Below are positions 38,866-54,556 of a stretch of 64,000 nucleotides of DNA, one piece after another. Origin of the DNA: Auanema rhodensis (taxonomy: Eukaryota > Animalia > Nematoda); contig OZ059900.1 in the NCBI GenBank assembly GCA_964057225.1, forward strand, positions 14,384,001 through 14,448,000. Reading direction: 5' to 3'. The stretch's first letter is position 1, and each line of letters begins with the position of its first letter. A model generated the notes under the pieces. That model had not been told where the DNA came from. It did no database searches and was given only the letters and a program-made list of their open reading frames with translations. A program made the translations under genes and the position numbers.

Positions 38866-41800
38866 TGAAACACTGTCTCTAACATATCTTGATTCATGGC
38901 CTACTTTACTCAAAGAGCTAATTGAAGTTTGGTGTTAAAATGAACAATTGATTAACGCTGACGTTCCGTTTTTTTTCATCGTAATTGAGATAGAACATTT
39001 AAATTAAATAGAAATGTTTAAAAATTTAGAAAAAAAACACAAGCTCAAATCACTTTTGAAAAAACAGAAAGTTTAAAACAACCTTTTTTCTCATAATTAT
39101 CTTTTTTATCCGACTTTTGGAAAAAAACAAAAATAGCATAACATTCAATAACGATGAATCAGAACAAAAACATTCTCCCCGGCCGGGAATTGAACCCGGG
39201 TCTCGCATGTGACAGACGCGGATACTCACCACTATACTACCGAGGATTGAATTTGCACTTAGAAACTTTCATTAAGAGTGTGAGTTTGAATTATAGTAGA
39301 AAAATGAAACACTGTCTCTAACATATCTTGATTCATGGCCTACTTTACTCAAAGAGCTAATTGAAGTTTGGTGTTAGAATGAACAATTGATTAACGCTGA
39401 CGTTTCAATTTTTTTCATCGTAATTGAGATAGAACATTTAAATTAAATGGAAATGTTTAACAATTTAGAAAAAAAACACAAGCACAAATCACTTTTGAAA
39501 AAACAGAAAGTTTAAAACAACCTTTTTTCTAATAATTATCTTTTTTATCCGACTTTTGGAAAAAAACAAAAATAGCATAACATTCAATAACGATGAATCA
39601 GAACAAAAACATTCTCCCCGGCCGGGAATTGAACCCGGGTCTCGCATGTGACAGACGCGGATACTCACCACTATACTACCGAGGATTGAATTTGCACTTA
39701 GAAACTTTCATTAAGAGTGTGAGTTTGAAATATAGTAGAAAAATGAAACACTGACTCTAACATATATTGATTTATGGCCTACTTTACTCAAAGAGCTAAT
39801 TGAAGTTTGGTGTTAAAATGAACAATTGATTAAAGCTGACGTTCCGTTTTTTTCCATCGTAATTGAGATAGAACATTTAAATTAAATAGAAATGTTTAAA
39901 AATTTAGAAAAAAACACAAGCTCAAATCACTTTTGAAAAAACAGAAAGTTTAAAACAACCTTTTTTCTAATAATTATCGTTTTTATCCGACTTTTTGAAG
40001 AAAACAAAAATAGCATAACATTCAATAACGATGAATCAGAACAAAAACATTCTCCCCGGCCGGAAATTGAACCCGGGTCTCGCTTGTGACAGACGCGGAT
40101 ACTCACCACTATACTACCGAGGATTGAATTTGCACTTAGAAACTTTCATTAAGAGTGTGAGTTTGAATTAAAGTAGAAAAATGAAACACTGTCTCTAACA
40201 TATCTTGATTTATGGCCTACTTTACTCAAAGAGCTAATTGAAGTTTGGTGTTACAATGAACAATTGATTAACGCTGACGTTCCATTTTTTTTCATCGTAA
40301 TTGAGATAGAATACTTAAATTGAATGGTAATGTTTAAAAATTTAGAAAATATCACAAGCTCAAATCACTTTTGAAAAAACAGAAAGTTTAAAATAACCTT
40401 TTTTCTAATAATTATCTTTTTAATTCGACTTTTGGAAGAAAACAAAAATAGCATAACATTCAATAACGATGAATCAGAACAAAAACATTCTCTCCGGCCG
40501 GGAATTGAACCCGGGTCTCGCATGTGACAGACGCGGATACTCACCACTATACTACCGAGGATTGAATTTGCACTTAGAAACTTTCATTGAGAGTGTGAGT
40601 TTGAATTAAAGTAGAAAAATGAAACACTGTCTCTAAGATATCTTGATTTATGGCCTACTTTACTCGAAGAGCTAATTGAAGTTTGGTGTTAGAATGAACA
40701 AATGATTAACGCTGACGTTCCGTTTTTTTTCATCGTAATTGAGATAGAACATTTAAATTAAATGGAAATGTTTAACAATTTAGAAAAAAAACACAAGCTC
40801 AAATCACTTTTGAAAAAACAGAAAGTTTAAAACAACCTTTTTTCTAATAATTATCTTTTTTATCCGACTTTTGGAAAAAAACAAAAATAGCATAACATTC
40901 AATAACGATGAATCAGAACAAAAACATTCTCCCCGGCCGGGAATTGAACCCGGGTCTCGCATGTGACAGACGCGGATACTCACCACTATACTACCGAGGA
41001 TTGAATTTGCACTTAGAAACTTTCATTAAGAGTGTGAGTTTGAAATATAGTAGAAAAATGAAACACTGTCTCTAACATATATTGATTTATGGCCTACTTT
41101 ACTCAAAGAGCTAATTGAAGTTTGGTGTTAAAATGAACAATTGATTAACGCTGACGTTCCGTTTTTTTTCATCGTAATTGAGATAGAACATTTAAATTAA
41201 ATAGAAATGTTTAAAAATTTAGAAAAAAAACACAAGCTCAAATCACTTTTGAAAAAACAGAAAGTTTAAAACAACCTTTTTTCTCATAATTATCTTTTTT
41301 ATCCGACTTTTGGAAAAAAACAAAAATAGCATAACATTCAATAACGATGAATCAGAACAAAAACATTCTCCCCGGCCGGGAATTGAACCCGGGTCTCGCA
41401 TGTGACAGACGCGGATACTCACCACTATACTACCGAGGATTGAATTTGCACTTAGAAACTTTCATTAAGAGTGTGAGTTTGAATTAAAGTAGAAAAATGA
41501 AACACTGTCTCTAAGATATCTTGATTTATGGCCTACTTTACTCAAAGAGCTAATTGAAGTTTGGTGTTAGAATGAACAAATGATTAACGCTGACGTTCCG
41601 TTTTTTTTCATCGTAATTGAGATAGAACATTTAAATTAAATGGAAATGTTTAACAATTTAGAAAAAAAACACAAGCTCAAATCACTTTTGAAAAAACAGA
41701 AAGTTTAAAACAACCTTTTTTCTCATAATTATCTTTTTTATCCGACTTTTGGAAAAAAACAAAAATAGCATAACATTCAATAACGATGAATCAGAACAAA

Positions 41801-44800
41801 AACATTCTCCCCGGCCGGGAATTGAACCCGGGTCTCGCATGTGACAGACGCGGATACTCACCACTATACTACCGAGGATTGAATTTGCACTTAGAAACTT
41901 TCATTAAGAGTGTGAGTTTGAATTAAAGTAGAAAAATGAAACACTGTCTCTAAGATATCTTGATTTATGGCCTACTTTACTCAAAGAGCTAATTGAAGTT
42001 TGGTGTTAGAATGAACAAATGATTAACGCTGACGTTCCGTTTTTTTTCATCGTAATTGAGATAGAACATTTAAATTAAATGGAAATGTTTAACAATTTAG
42101 AAAAAAAACACAAGCTCAAATCACTTTTGAAAAAACAGAAAGTTTAAAACAACCTTTTTTCTAATAATTATCTTTTTTATCCGACTTTTGGAAAAAAACA
42201 AAAATAGCATAACATTCAATAACGATGAATCAGAACAAAAACATTCTCCCCGGCCGGGAATTGAACCCGGGTCTCGCATGTGACAGACGCGGATACTCAC
42301 CACTATACTACCGAGGATTGAATTTGCACTTAGAAACTTTCATTAAGAGTGTGAGTTTGAAATATAGTAGAAAAATGAAACACTGTCTCTAAGATATCTT
42401 GATTTATGGCCTACTTTACTCAAAGAGCTAATTGAAGTTTGGTGTTAAAATGAACAATTGATTAACGCTGACGTTCCGTTTTTTTTCATCGTAATTGAGA
42501 TAGAACATTTAAATTAAATGGAAATGTTTAACAATTTAGAAAAAAAACACAAGCTCAAATCACTTTTGAAAAAACAGAAAGTTTAAAACAACCTTTTTTC
42601 TCATAATTATCTTTTTTATCCGACTTTTGGAAAAAAACAAAAATAGCATAACATTCAATAACGATGAATCAGAACAAAAACATTCTCCCCGGCCGGGAAT
42701 TGAACCCGGGTCTCGCATGTGACAGACGCGGATACTCACCACTATACTACCGAGGATTGAATTTGCACTTAGAAACTTTCATTAAGAGTGTGAGTTTGAA
42801 ATATAGTAGAAAAATGAAACACTGTCTCTAACATATATTGATTTATGGCCTACTTTACTCAAAGAGCTAATTGAAGTTTGGTGTTAAAATGAACAATTGA
42901 TTAACGCTGACGTTCCGTTTTTTTTCATCGTAATTGAGATAGAACATTTAAATTAAATAGAAATGTTTAAAAATTTAGAAAAAAAACACAAGCTCAAATC
43001 ACTTTTGAAAAAACAGAAAGTTTAAAACAACCTTTTTTCTCATAATTATCTTTTTTATCCGACTTTTGGAAAAAAACAAAAATAGCATAACATTCAATAA
43101 CGATGAATCAGAACAAAAACATTCTCCCCGGCCGGGAATTGAACCCGGGTCTCGCATGTGACAGACGCGGATACTCACCACTATACTACCGAGGATTGAA
43201 TTTGCACTTAGAAACTTTCATTAAGAGTGTGAGTTTGAATTAAAGTAGAAAAATGAAACACTGTCTCTAAGATATCTTGATTTATGGCCTACTTTACTCA
43301 AAGAGCTAATTGAAGTTTGGTGTTAGAATGAACAAATGATTAACGCTGACGTTCCGTTTTTTTTCATCGTAATTGAGATAGAACATTTAAATTAAATGGA
43401 AATGTTTAACAATTTAGAAAAAAAACACAAGCTCAAATCACTTTGGAAAAAACAGAAAGTTTAAAACAACCTTTTTTCTCATAATTATCTTTTTTATCCG
43501 ACTTTTGGAAAAAAACAAAAATAGCATAACATTCAATAACGATGAATCAGAACAAAAACATTCTCCCCGGCCGGGAATTGAACCCGGGTCTCGCATGTGA
43601 CAGACGCGGATACTCACCACTATACTACCGAGGATTGAATTTGCACTTAGAAACTTTCATTAAGAGTGTGAGTTTGAATTAAAGTAGAAAAATGAAACAC
43701 TGTCTCTAAGATATCTTGATTTATGGCCTACTTTACTCAAAGAGCTAATTGAAGTTTGGTGTTAGAATGAACAAATGATTAACGCTGACGTTCCGTTTTT
43801 TTTCATCGTAATTGAGATAGAACATTTAAATTAAATGGAAATGTTTAACAATTTAGAAAAAATACACAAGCTCAAATCACTTTTGAAAAAACAGAAAGTT
43901 TAAAACAACCTTTTTTCTAATAATTATCTTTTTTATCCGACTTTTGGAAAAAAACAAAAATAGCATAACATTCAATAACGATGAATCAGAACAAAAACAT
44001 TCTCCCCGGCCGGGAATTGAACCCGGGTCTCGCATGTGACAGACGCGGATACTCACCACTATACTACCGAGGATTGAATTTGCACTTAGAAACTTTCATT
44101 AAGAGTGTGAGTTTGAAATATAGTAGAAAAATGAAACACTGTCTCTAAGATATCTTGATTTATGGCCTACTTTACTCAAAGAGCTAATTGAAGTTTGGTG
44201 TTAAAATGAACAATTGATTAACGTTGACGTTCCGTTTTTTTTCATCGTAATTGAGATAGAACATTTAAATTAAATGGAAATGTTTAACAATTTAGAAAAA
44301 AAACACAAGCTCAAATCACTTTTGAAAAAACAGAAAGTTTAAAACAACCTTTTTTTTAATAATTATCTTTTTTATCCGACTTTTGGAAAAAAACAAAAAT
44401 AGCATAACATTCAATAACGATGAATCAGAACAAAAACATTCTCCCCGGCCGGGAATTGAACCCGGGTCTCGCATGTGACAGACGCGGATACTCACCACTA
44501 TACTACCGAGGATTGAATTTGCACTTAGAAACTTTCATTAAGAGTGTGAGTTTGAAATATAGTAGAAAAATGAAACACTGTCTCTAACATATATTGATTT
44601 ATGGCCTACTTTACTCAAAGAGCTAATTGAAGTTTGGTGTTAGAATGAACAAATGATTAACGCTGACGTTCCGTTTTTTTTCATCGTAATTGAGATAGAA
44701 CATTTAAATTAAATGGAAATGTTTAACAATTTAGAAAAAAAACACAAGCTCAAATCACTTTTGAAAAAACAGAAAGTTTAAAACAACCTTTTTTCTCATA

Positions 44801-47800
44801 ATTATCTTTTTTATCCGACTTTTGGAAAAAAACAAAAATAGCATAACATTCAATAACGATGAATCAGAACAAAAACATTCTCCCCGGCCGGGAATTGAAC
44901 CCGGGTCTCGCACGTGACAGACGCGGATACTCACCACTATACTACCGAGGATTGAATTTGCACTTAGAAACTTTCATTAAGAGTGTGAGTTTGAATTATA
45001 GTAGAAAAATGAAACACTGTCTCTAACATATCTTGATTCATGGCCTACTTTACTCAAAGAGCTAATTGAAGTTTGGTGTTAGAATGAACAATTGATTAAC
45101 GCTGACGTTTCAAATTTTTTCATCGTAATTGAGCTAGAACATTTGAATTAAATGGAAATGTTTAACAATTTAGAAAAAAAACACAAGCTCAAATCACTTT
45201 TGAAAAAACAGAAAGTTTAAAACAACCTTTTTTCTAATAATTATCTTTTTTATCCGACTTTTGGAAAAAAACAAAAATAGCATAACATTCAATAACGATG
45301 AATCAGAACAAAAACATTCTCCCCGGCCGGGAATTGAACCCGGGTCTCGCATGTGACAGACGCGGATACTCACCACTATACTACCGAGGATTGAATTTGC
45401 ACTTAGAAACTTTCATTAAGAGTGTGAGTTTGAAATATAGTAGAAAAATGAAACACTGTCTCTAACATATATTGATTTATGGCCTACTTTACTCAAAGAG
45501 CTAATTGAAGTTTGGTGTTAAAATGAACAATTGATTAACGCTGACGTTCCGTTTTTTTTCATCGTAATTGAGATAGAACATTTAAATTAAATAGAAATGT
45601 TTAAAAATTTAGAAAAAAAACACAAGCTCAAATCACTTTTGAAAAAACAGAAAGTTTAAAACAACCTTTTTTCTCATAATTATCTTTTTTATCCGACTTT
45701 TGAAAAAAAACAAAATTAGCATAACATTCAATAACGATGAATCAGAACAAAAACATTCTCCCCGGCCGGGAATTGAACCCGGGTCTCGCATGTGACAGAC
45801 GCGGATACTCACCACTATACTACCGAGGATTGAATTTGCACTTAGAAACTTTCATTAAGAGTGTGAGTTTGAATTATAGTAGAAAAATGAAACACTGTCT
45901 CTAACATATCTTGATTCATGGCCTACTTTACTCAAAGAACTAATTGAAGTTTGGTGTTAAAATGAACAATTGATTAACGCTGACGTTCCGTTTTTTTTCA
46001 TCGTAATTGAGATAGAACATTTAAATTAAATAGAAATGTTTAAAAATTTAGAAAAAAAACACAAGCTCAAATCACTTTTGAAAAAACAGAAAGTTTAAAA
46101 CAACCTTTTTTCTCATAATTATCTTTTTTATCCGACTTTTGGAAAAAAACAAAAATAGCATAACACTCAATAACGATGAATCAGAACAAAAACATTCTCC
46201 CCGGCCGGGAATTGAACCCGGGTCTCGCATGTGACAGACGCGGATACTCACCACTATACTACCGAGGATTGAATTTGCACTTAGAAACTTTCATTAAGAG
46301 TGTGAGTTTGAATTATAGTAGAAAAATGAAACACTGTCTCTAACATATCTTGATTCATGGCCTACTTTACTCAAAGAGCTAATTGAAGTTTGGTGTTAAA
46401 ATGAACAATTGATTAACGCTGACGTTCCGTTTTTTTTCATCGTAATTGAGATAGAACATTTCAATTAAATGGAAATGTTTAACAATTTAGAAAAAAAACA
46501 CAAGCTCAAATCACTTTTGAGAAAACAGAAAGTTTAAAACAACCTTTTTTTTAATAATTATCTTTTTTATCCGACTTTTGGAAAAAAACAAAAATAGCAT
46601 AACATTCAATAACGATGAATCAGAACAAAAACATTCTCCCCGGCCGGGAATTGAACCCGGGTCTCGCATGTGACAGACGCGGATACTCACCACTATACTA
46701 CCGAGGATTGAATTTGCACTTAGAAACTTTCATTAAGAGTGTGAGTTTGAATTATAGTAGAAAAATGAAACACTGTCTCTAACATATCTTGATTCATGGC
46801 CTACTTTATTCAAAGAGCTAATTGAAGTTTGGTGTTAGAATGAACAATTGATTAACGCTGACGTTTCAATTTTTTTCATCGTAATTGAGATAGAACATTT
46901 AAATTAAATGGAAATGTTTAACAATTTAGAAAAAAAACACAAGCTCAAATCACTTTTGAAAAAACAGAAAGTTTAAAACAACCTTTTTTCTAATAATTAT
47001 CTTTTTTATCCGACTTTTGGAAAAAAACAAAAATAGCATAACATTCAATAACGATGAATCAGAACAAAAACATTCTCCCCGGCCGGGAATTGAACCCGGG
47101 TCTCGCATGTGACAGACGCGGATACTCACCACTATACTACCGAGGATTGAATTTGCACTTAGAAACTTTCATTAAGAGTGTGAGTTTGAATTATAGTAGA
47201 AAAATGAAACACTGTCTCTAACATATCTTGATTCATGGCCTACTTTATTCAAAGAGCTAATTGAAGTTTGGTGTTAGAATGAACAATTGATTAACGCTGA
47301 CGTTTCAATTTTTTTCATCGTAATTGAGATAGAACATTTAAATTAAATGGAAATGTTTAACAATTTAGAAAAAAAACACAAGCTCAAATCACTTTTGAAA
47401 AAACAGAAAGTTTAAAACAACCTTTTTTCTAATAATTATCTTTTTTATCCGACTTTTGGAAAAAAACAAAAATAGCATAACATTCAATAACGATGAATCA
47501 GAACAAAAACATTCTCCCCGGCCGGGAATTGAACCCGGGTCTCGCATGTGACAGACGCGGATACTTACCACTATACTACCGAGGATTGAATTTGCACTTA
47601 GAAACTTTCATTAAGAGTGTGAGTTTGGAATATAGTAGAAAAATGAAACACTGACTCTAACATATATTGATTTATGGCCTACTTTACTCAAAGAGCTAAT
47701 TGAAGTTTGGTGTTAAAATGAACAATTGATTAAAGCTGACGTTCCGTTTTTTTTCATCGTAATTGAGATAGAACATTTAAATTTAATAGAAATGTTTAAA

Positions 47801-50800
47801 AATTTAGAAAAAAAACACAAGCTCAAATCACTTTTGAAAAAACAGAAAGTTTAAAACAACCTTTTTTCTCATAATTATCTTTTTTATCCGACTTTTGGAA
47901 AAAAACAAAAATAGCATAACATTCAATAACGATGAATCAGAACAAAAACATTCTCCCCGGCCTGGAATTGAACCCGGGTCTCGCATGTGACAGACGCGGA
48001 TACTCACCACTATACTACCGAGGATTGAATTTGCACTTAGAAACTTTCATTAAGAGTGTGAGTTTGAATTATAGTAGAAAAATGAAACACTGTCTCTAAC
48101 ATATCTTGATTCATGGCCTACTTTACTCAAAGAGCTAATTGAAGTTTGGTGTTAAAATGAACAATTGATTAACGCTGACGTTCCGTTTTTTTTCATCGTA
48201 ATTGAGATAGAACATTTCAATTAAATGGAAATGTTTAACAATTTAGAAAAAAAACACAAGCTCAAATCACTTTTGAGAAAACAGAAAGTTTAAAACAACC
48301 TTTTTTTTAATAATTATCTTTTTTATCCGACTTTTGGAAAAAAACAAAAATAGCATAACATTCAATAACGATGAATCAGAACAAAAACATTCTCCCCGGC
48401 CGGGAATTGAACCCGGGTCTCGCATGTGACAGACGCGGATACTCACCACTATACTACCGAGGATTGAATTTGCACTTAGAAACTTTCATTAAGAGTGTGA
48501 GTTTGAATTATAGTAGAAAAATGAAACACTGTCTCTAACATATCTTGATTCATGGCCTACTTTATTCAAAGAGCTAATTGAAGTTTGGTGTTAGAATGAA
48601 CAATTGATTAACGCTGACGTTTCAATTTTTTTCATCGTAATTGAGATAGAACATTTAAATTAAATGGAAATGTTTAACAATTTAGAAAAAAAACACAAGC
48701 TCAAATCACTTTTGAAAAAACAGAAAGTTTAAAACAACCTTTTTTCTAATAATTATCTTTTTTATCCGACTTTTGGAAAAAAACAAAAATAGCATAACAT
48801 TCAATAACGATGAATCAGAACAAAAACATTCTCCCCGGCCGGGAATTGAACCCGGGTCTCGCATGTGACAGACGCGGATACTCACCACTATACTACCGAG
48901 GATTGAATTTGCACTTAGAAACTTTCATTAAGAGTGTGAGTTTGAATTATAGTAGAAAAATGAAACACTGTCTCTAACATATCTTGATTCATGGCCTACT
49001 TTATTCAAAGAGCTAATTGAAGTTTGGTGTTAGAATGAACAATTGATTAACGCTGACGTTTCAATTTTTTTCATCGTAATTGAGATAGAACATTTAAATT
49101 AAATGGAAATGTTTAACAATTTAGAAAAAAAACACAAGCTCAAATCACTTTTGAAAAAACAGAAAGTTTAAAACAACCTTTTTTCTAATAATTATCTTTT
49201 TTATCCGACTTTTGGAAAAAAACAAAAATAGCATAACATTCAATAACGATGAATCAGAACAAAAACATTCTCCCCGGCCGGGAATTGAACCCGGGTCTCG
49301 CATGTGACAGACGCGGATACTTACCACTATACTACCGAGGATTGAATTTGCACTTAGAAACTTTCATTAAGAGTGTGAGTTTGGAATATAGTAGAAAAAT
49401 GAAACACTGACTCTAACATATATTGATTTATGGCCTACTTTACTCAAAGAGCTAATTGAAGTTTGGTGTTAAAATGAACAATTGATTAAAGCTGACGTTC
49501 CGTTTTTTTTCATCGTAATTGAGATAGAACATTTAAATTTAATAGAAATGTTTAAAAATTTAGAAAAAAAACACAAGCTCAAATCACTTTTGAAAAAACA
49601 GAAAGTTTAAAACAACCTTTTTTCTCATAATTATCTTTTTTATCCGACTTTTGGAAAAAAACAAAAATAGCATAACATTCAATAACGATGAATCAGAACA
49701 AAAACATTCTCCCCGGCCTGGAATTGAACCCGGGTCTCGCATGTGACAGACGCGGATACTCACCACTATACTACCGAGGATTGAATTTGCACTTAGAAAC
49801 TTTCATTAAGAGTGTGAGTTTGAATTATAGTAGAAAAATGAAACACTGTCTCTAACATATCTTGATTCATGGCCTACTTTACTCAAAGAGCTAATTGAAG
49901 TTTGGTGTTAAAATGAACAATTGATTAACGCTGACGTTCTGTTTTTTTTCATCGTAATTGAGATAGAACATTTAAATAAAATGGAAATGTTTAACAATTT
50001 AGAAAAAAAACACAAGCTCAAATCACTTTTGAAAAAACAGAAAGTTTAAAACAACCTTTTTTTTAATAATTATCTTTTTTATCCGACTTTTGGAAAAAAA
50101 CAAAAATAGCATAACATTCAATAACGATGAATCAGAACAAAAACATTCTCCCCGGCCGGGAATTGAACCCGGGTCTCGCATGTGACAGACGCGGATACTC
50201 ACCACTATACTACCGAGGATTGAATTTGCACTTAGAAACTTTCATTAAGAGTGTGAGTTTGAATTATAGTAGAAAAATGAAACACTGTCTCTAACATATC
50301 TTGATTCATGGCCTACTTTACTCAAAGAGCTAATTGAAGTTTGGTGTTAAAATGAACAATTGATTAACGCTGACGTTCCGTTTTTTTTCATCGTAATTGA
50401 GATAGAACATTTCAATTAAATGGAAATGTTTAACAATTTAGAAAAAAAACACAAGCTCAAATCACTTTTGAGAAAACAGAAAGTTTAAAACAACCTTTTT
50501 TTTAATAATTATCTTTTTTATCCGACTTTTGGAAAAAAACAAAAATAGCATAACATTCAATAACGATGAATCAGAACAAAAACATTCTCCCCGGCCGGGA
50601 ATTGAACCCGGGTCTCGCATGTGACAGACGCGGATACTCACCACTATACTACCGAGGATTGAATTTGCACTTAGAAACTTTCATTAAGAGTGTGAGTTTG
50701 AATTATAGTAGAAAAATGAAACACTGTCTCTAACATATCTTGATTCATGGCCTACTTTATTCAAAGAGCTAATTGAAGTTTGGTGTTAGAATGAACAATT

Positions 50801-53800
50801 GATTAACGCTGACGTTTCAATTTTTTTCATCGTAATTGAGATAGAACATTTAAATTAAATGGAAATGTTTAACAATTTAGAAAAAAAACACAAGCTCAAA
50901 TCACTTTTGAAAAAACAGAAAGTTTAAAACAACCTTTTTTCTAATAATTATCTTTTTTATCCGACTTTTGGAAAAAAACAAAAATAGCATAACATTCAAT
51001 AACGATGAATCAGAACAAAAACATTCTCCCCGGCCGGGAATTGAACCCGGGTCTCGCATGTGACAGACGCGGATACTCACCACTATACTACCGAGGATTG
51101 AATTTGCACTTAGAAACTTTCATTAAGAGTGTGAGTTTGAATTATAGTAGAAAAATGAAACACTGTCTCTAACATATCTTGATTCATGGCCTACTTTATT
51201 CAAAGAGCTAATTGAAGTTTGGTGTTAGAATGAACAATTGATTAACGCTGACGTTTCAATTTTTTTCATCGTAATTGAGATAGAACATTTAAATTAAATG
51301 GAAATGTTTAACAATTTAGAAAAAAAACACAAGCTCAAATCACTTTTGAAAAAACAGAAAGTTTAAAACAACCTTTTTTCTAATAATTATCTTTTTTATC
51401 CGACTTTTGGAAAAAAACAAAAATAGCATAACATTCAATAACGATGAATCAGAACAAAAACATTCTCCCCGGCCGGGAATTGAACCCGGGTCTCGCATGT
51501 GACAGACGCGGATACTTACCACTATACTACCGAGGATTGAATTTGCACTTAGAAACTTTCATTAAGAGTGTGAGTTTGGAATATAGTAGAAAAATGAAAC
51601 ACTGACTCTAACATATATTGATTTATGGCCTACTTTACTCAAAGAGCTAATTGAAGTTTGGTGTTAAAATGAACAATTGATTAAAGCTGACGTTCCGTTT
51701 TTTTTCATCGTAATTGAGATAGAACATTTAAATTTAATAGAAATGTTTAAAAATTTAGAAAAAAAACACAAGCTCAAATCACTTTTGAAAAAACAGAAAG
51801 TTTAAAACAACCTTTTTTCTCATAATTATCTTTTTTATCCGACTTTTGGAAAAAAACAAAAATAGCATAACATTCAATAACGATGAATCAGAACAAAAAC
51901 ATTCTCCCCGGCCTGGAATTGAACCCGGGTCTCGCATGTGACAGACGCGGATACTCACCACTATACTACCGAGGATTGAATTTGCACTTAGAAACTTTCA
52001 TTAAGAGTGTGAGTTTGAATTATAGTAGAAAAATGAAACACTGTCTCTAACATATCTTGATTCATGGCCTACTTTACTCAAAGAGCTAATTGAAGTTTGG
52101 TGTTAAAATGAACAATTGATTAACGCTGACGTTCTGTTTTTTTTCATCGTAATTGAGATAGAACATTTAAATAAAATGGAAATGTTTAACAATTTAGAAA
52201 AAAAACACAAGCTCAAATCACTTTTGAAAAAACAGAAAGTTTAAAACAACCTTTTTTTTAATAATTATCTTTTTTATCCGACTTTTGGAAAAAAACAAAA
52301 ATAGCATAACATTCAATAACGATGAATCAGAACAAAAACATTCTCCCCGGCCGGGAATTGAACCCGGGTCTCGCATGTGACAGACGCGGATACTCACCAC
52401 TATACTACCGAGGATTGAATTTGCACTTAGAAACTTTCATTAAGAGTGTGAGTTTGAATTATAGTAGAAAAATGAAACACTGTCTCTAACATATCTTGAT
52501 TCATGGCCTACTTTACTCAAAGAGCTAATTGAAGTTTGGTGTTAGAATGAACAATTGATTAACGCTGACGTTCCGTTTTTTTTCATCGTAATTGAGATAG
52601 AACATTTCAATTAAATGGAAATGTTTAACAATTTAGAAAAAAAACACAAGCTCAAATCACTTTTGAGAAAACAGAAAGTTTAAAACAACCTTTTTTTTAA
52701 TAATTATCTTTTTTATCCGACTTTTGGAAAAAAACAAAAATAGCATAACATTCAATAACGATGAATCAGAACAAAAACATTCTCCCCGGCCGGGAATTGA
52801 ACCCGGGTCTCGCATGTGACAGACGCGGATACTCACCACTATACTACCGAGGATTGAATTTGCACTTAGAAACTTTCATTAAGAGTGTGAGTTTGAATTA
52901 TAGTAGAAAAATGAAACACTGTCTCTAACATATCTTGATTCATGGCCTACTTTATTCAAAGAGCTAATTGAAGTTTGGTGTTAGAATGAACAATTGATTA
53001 ACGCTGACGTTTCAATTTTTTTCATCGTAATTGAGATAGAACATTTAAATTAAATGGAAATGTTTAACAATTTAGAAAAAAAACACAAGCTCAAATCACT
53101 TTTGAAAAAACAGAAAGTTTAAAACAACCTTTTTTCTAATAATTATCTTTTTTATCCGACTTTTGGAAAAAAACAAAAATAGCATAACATTCAATAACGA
53201 TGAATCAGAACAAAAACATTCTCCCCGGCCGGGAATTGAACCCGGGTCTCGCATGTGACAGACGCGGATACTTACCACTATACTACCGAGGATTGAATTT
53301 GCACTTAGAAACTTTCATTAAGAGTGTGAGTTTGGAATATAGTAGAAAAATGAAACACTGACTCTAACATATATTGATTTATGGCCTACTTTACTCAAAG
53401 AGCTAATTGAAGTTTGGTGTTAAAATGAACAATTGATTAAAGCTGACGTTCCGTTTTTTTTCATCGTAATTGAGATAGAACATTTAAATTTAATAGAAAT
53501 GTTTAAAAATTTAGAAAAAAAACACAAGCTCAAATCACTTTTGAAAAAACAGAAAGTTTAAAACAACCTTTTTTCTCATAATTATCTTTTTTATCCGACT
53601 TTTGGAAAAAAACAAAAATAGCATAACATTCAATAACGATGAATCAGAACAAAAACATTCTCCCCGGCCTGGAATTGAACCCGGGTCTCGCATGTGACAG
53701 ACGCGGATACTCACCACTATACTACCGAGGATTGAATTTGCACTTAGAAACTTTCATTAAGAGTGTGAGTTTGAATTATAGTAGAAAAATGAAACACTGT

Positions 53801-54556
53801 CTCTAACATATCTTGATTCATGGCCTACTTTACTCAAAGAGCTAATTGAAGTTTGGTGTTAAAATGAACAATTGATTAACGCTGACGTTCTGTTTTTTTT
53901 CATCGTAATTGAGATAGAACATTTAAATAAAATGGAAATGTTTAACAATTTAGAAAAAAAACACAAGCTCAAATCACTTTTGAAAAAACAGAAAGTTTAA
54001 AACAACCTTTTTTTTAATAATTATCTTTTTTATCCGACTTTTGGAAAAAAACAAAAATAGCATAACATTCAATAACGATGAATCAGAACAAAAACATTCT
54101 CCCCGGCCGGGAATTGAACCCGGGTCTCGCATGTGACAGACGCGGATACTCACCACTATACTACCGAGGATTGAATTTGCACTTAGAAACTTTCATTAAG
54201 AGTGTGAGTTTGAATTATAGTAGAAAAATGAAACACTGTCTCTAACATATCTTGATTCATGGCCTACTTTACTCAAAGAGCTAATTGAAGTTTGGTGTTA
54301 GAATGAACAATTGATTAACGCTGACGTTTCAATTTTTTTCATCGTAATTGAGATAGAACATTTAAATTAAATGGAAATGTTTAACAATTTAGAAAAAAAA
54401 CACAAGCTCAAATCACTTTTGAAAAAACAGAAAGTTTAAAACAACCTTTTTTCTAATAATTATCTTTTTTATCCGACTTTTGGAAAAAAACAAAAATAGC
54501 ATAACATTCAATAACGATGAATCAGAACAAAAACATTCTCCCCGGGCGGGAATTGA
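38866..54556 (-). repeat. Tandem tRNA-Asp array, segment 3 (439 bp unit, about 35 full tRNA copies)
   Basis: Regular 438-439 bp period from 39050 to 53974. The segment ends inside a tRNA T-arm. Confidence 0.98.
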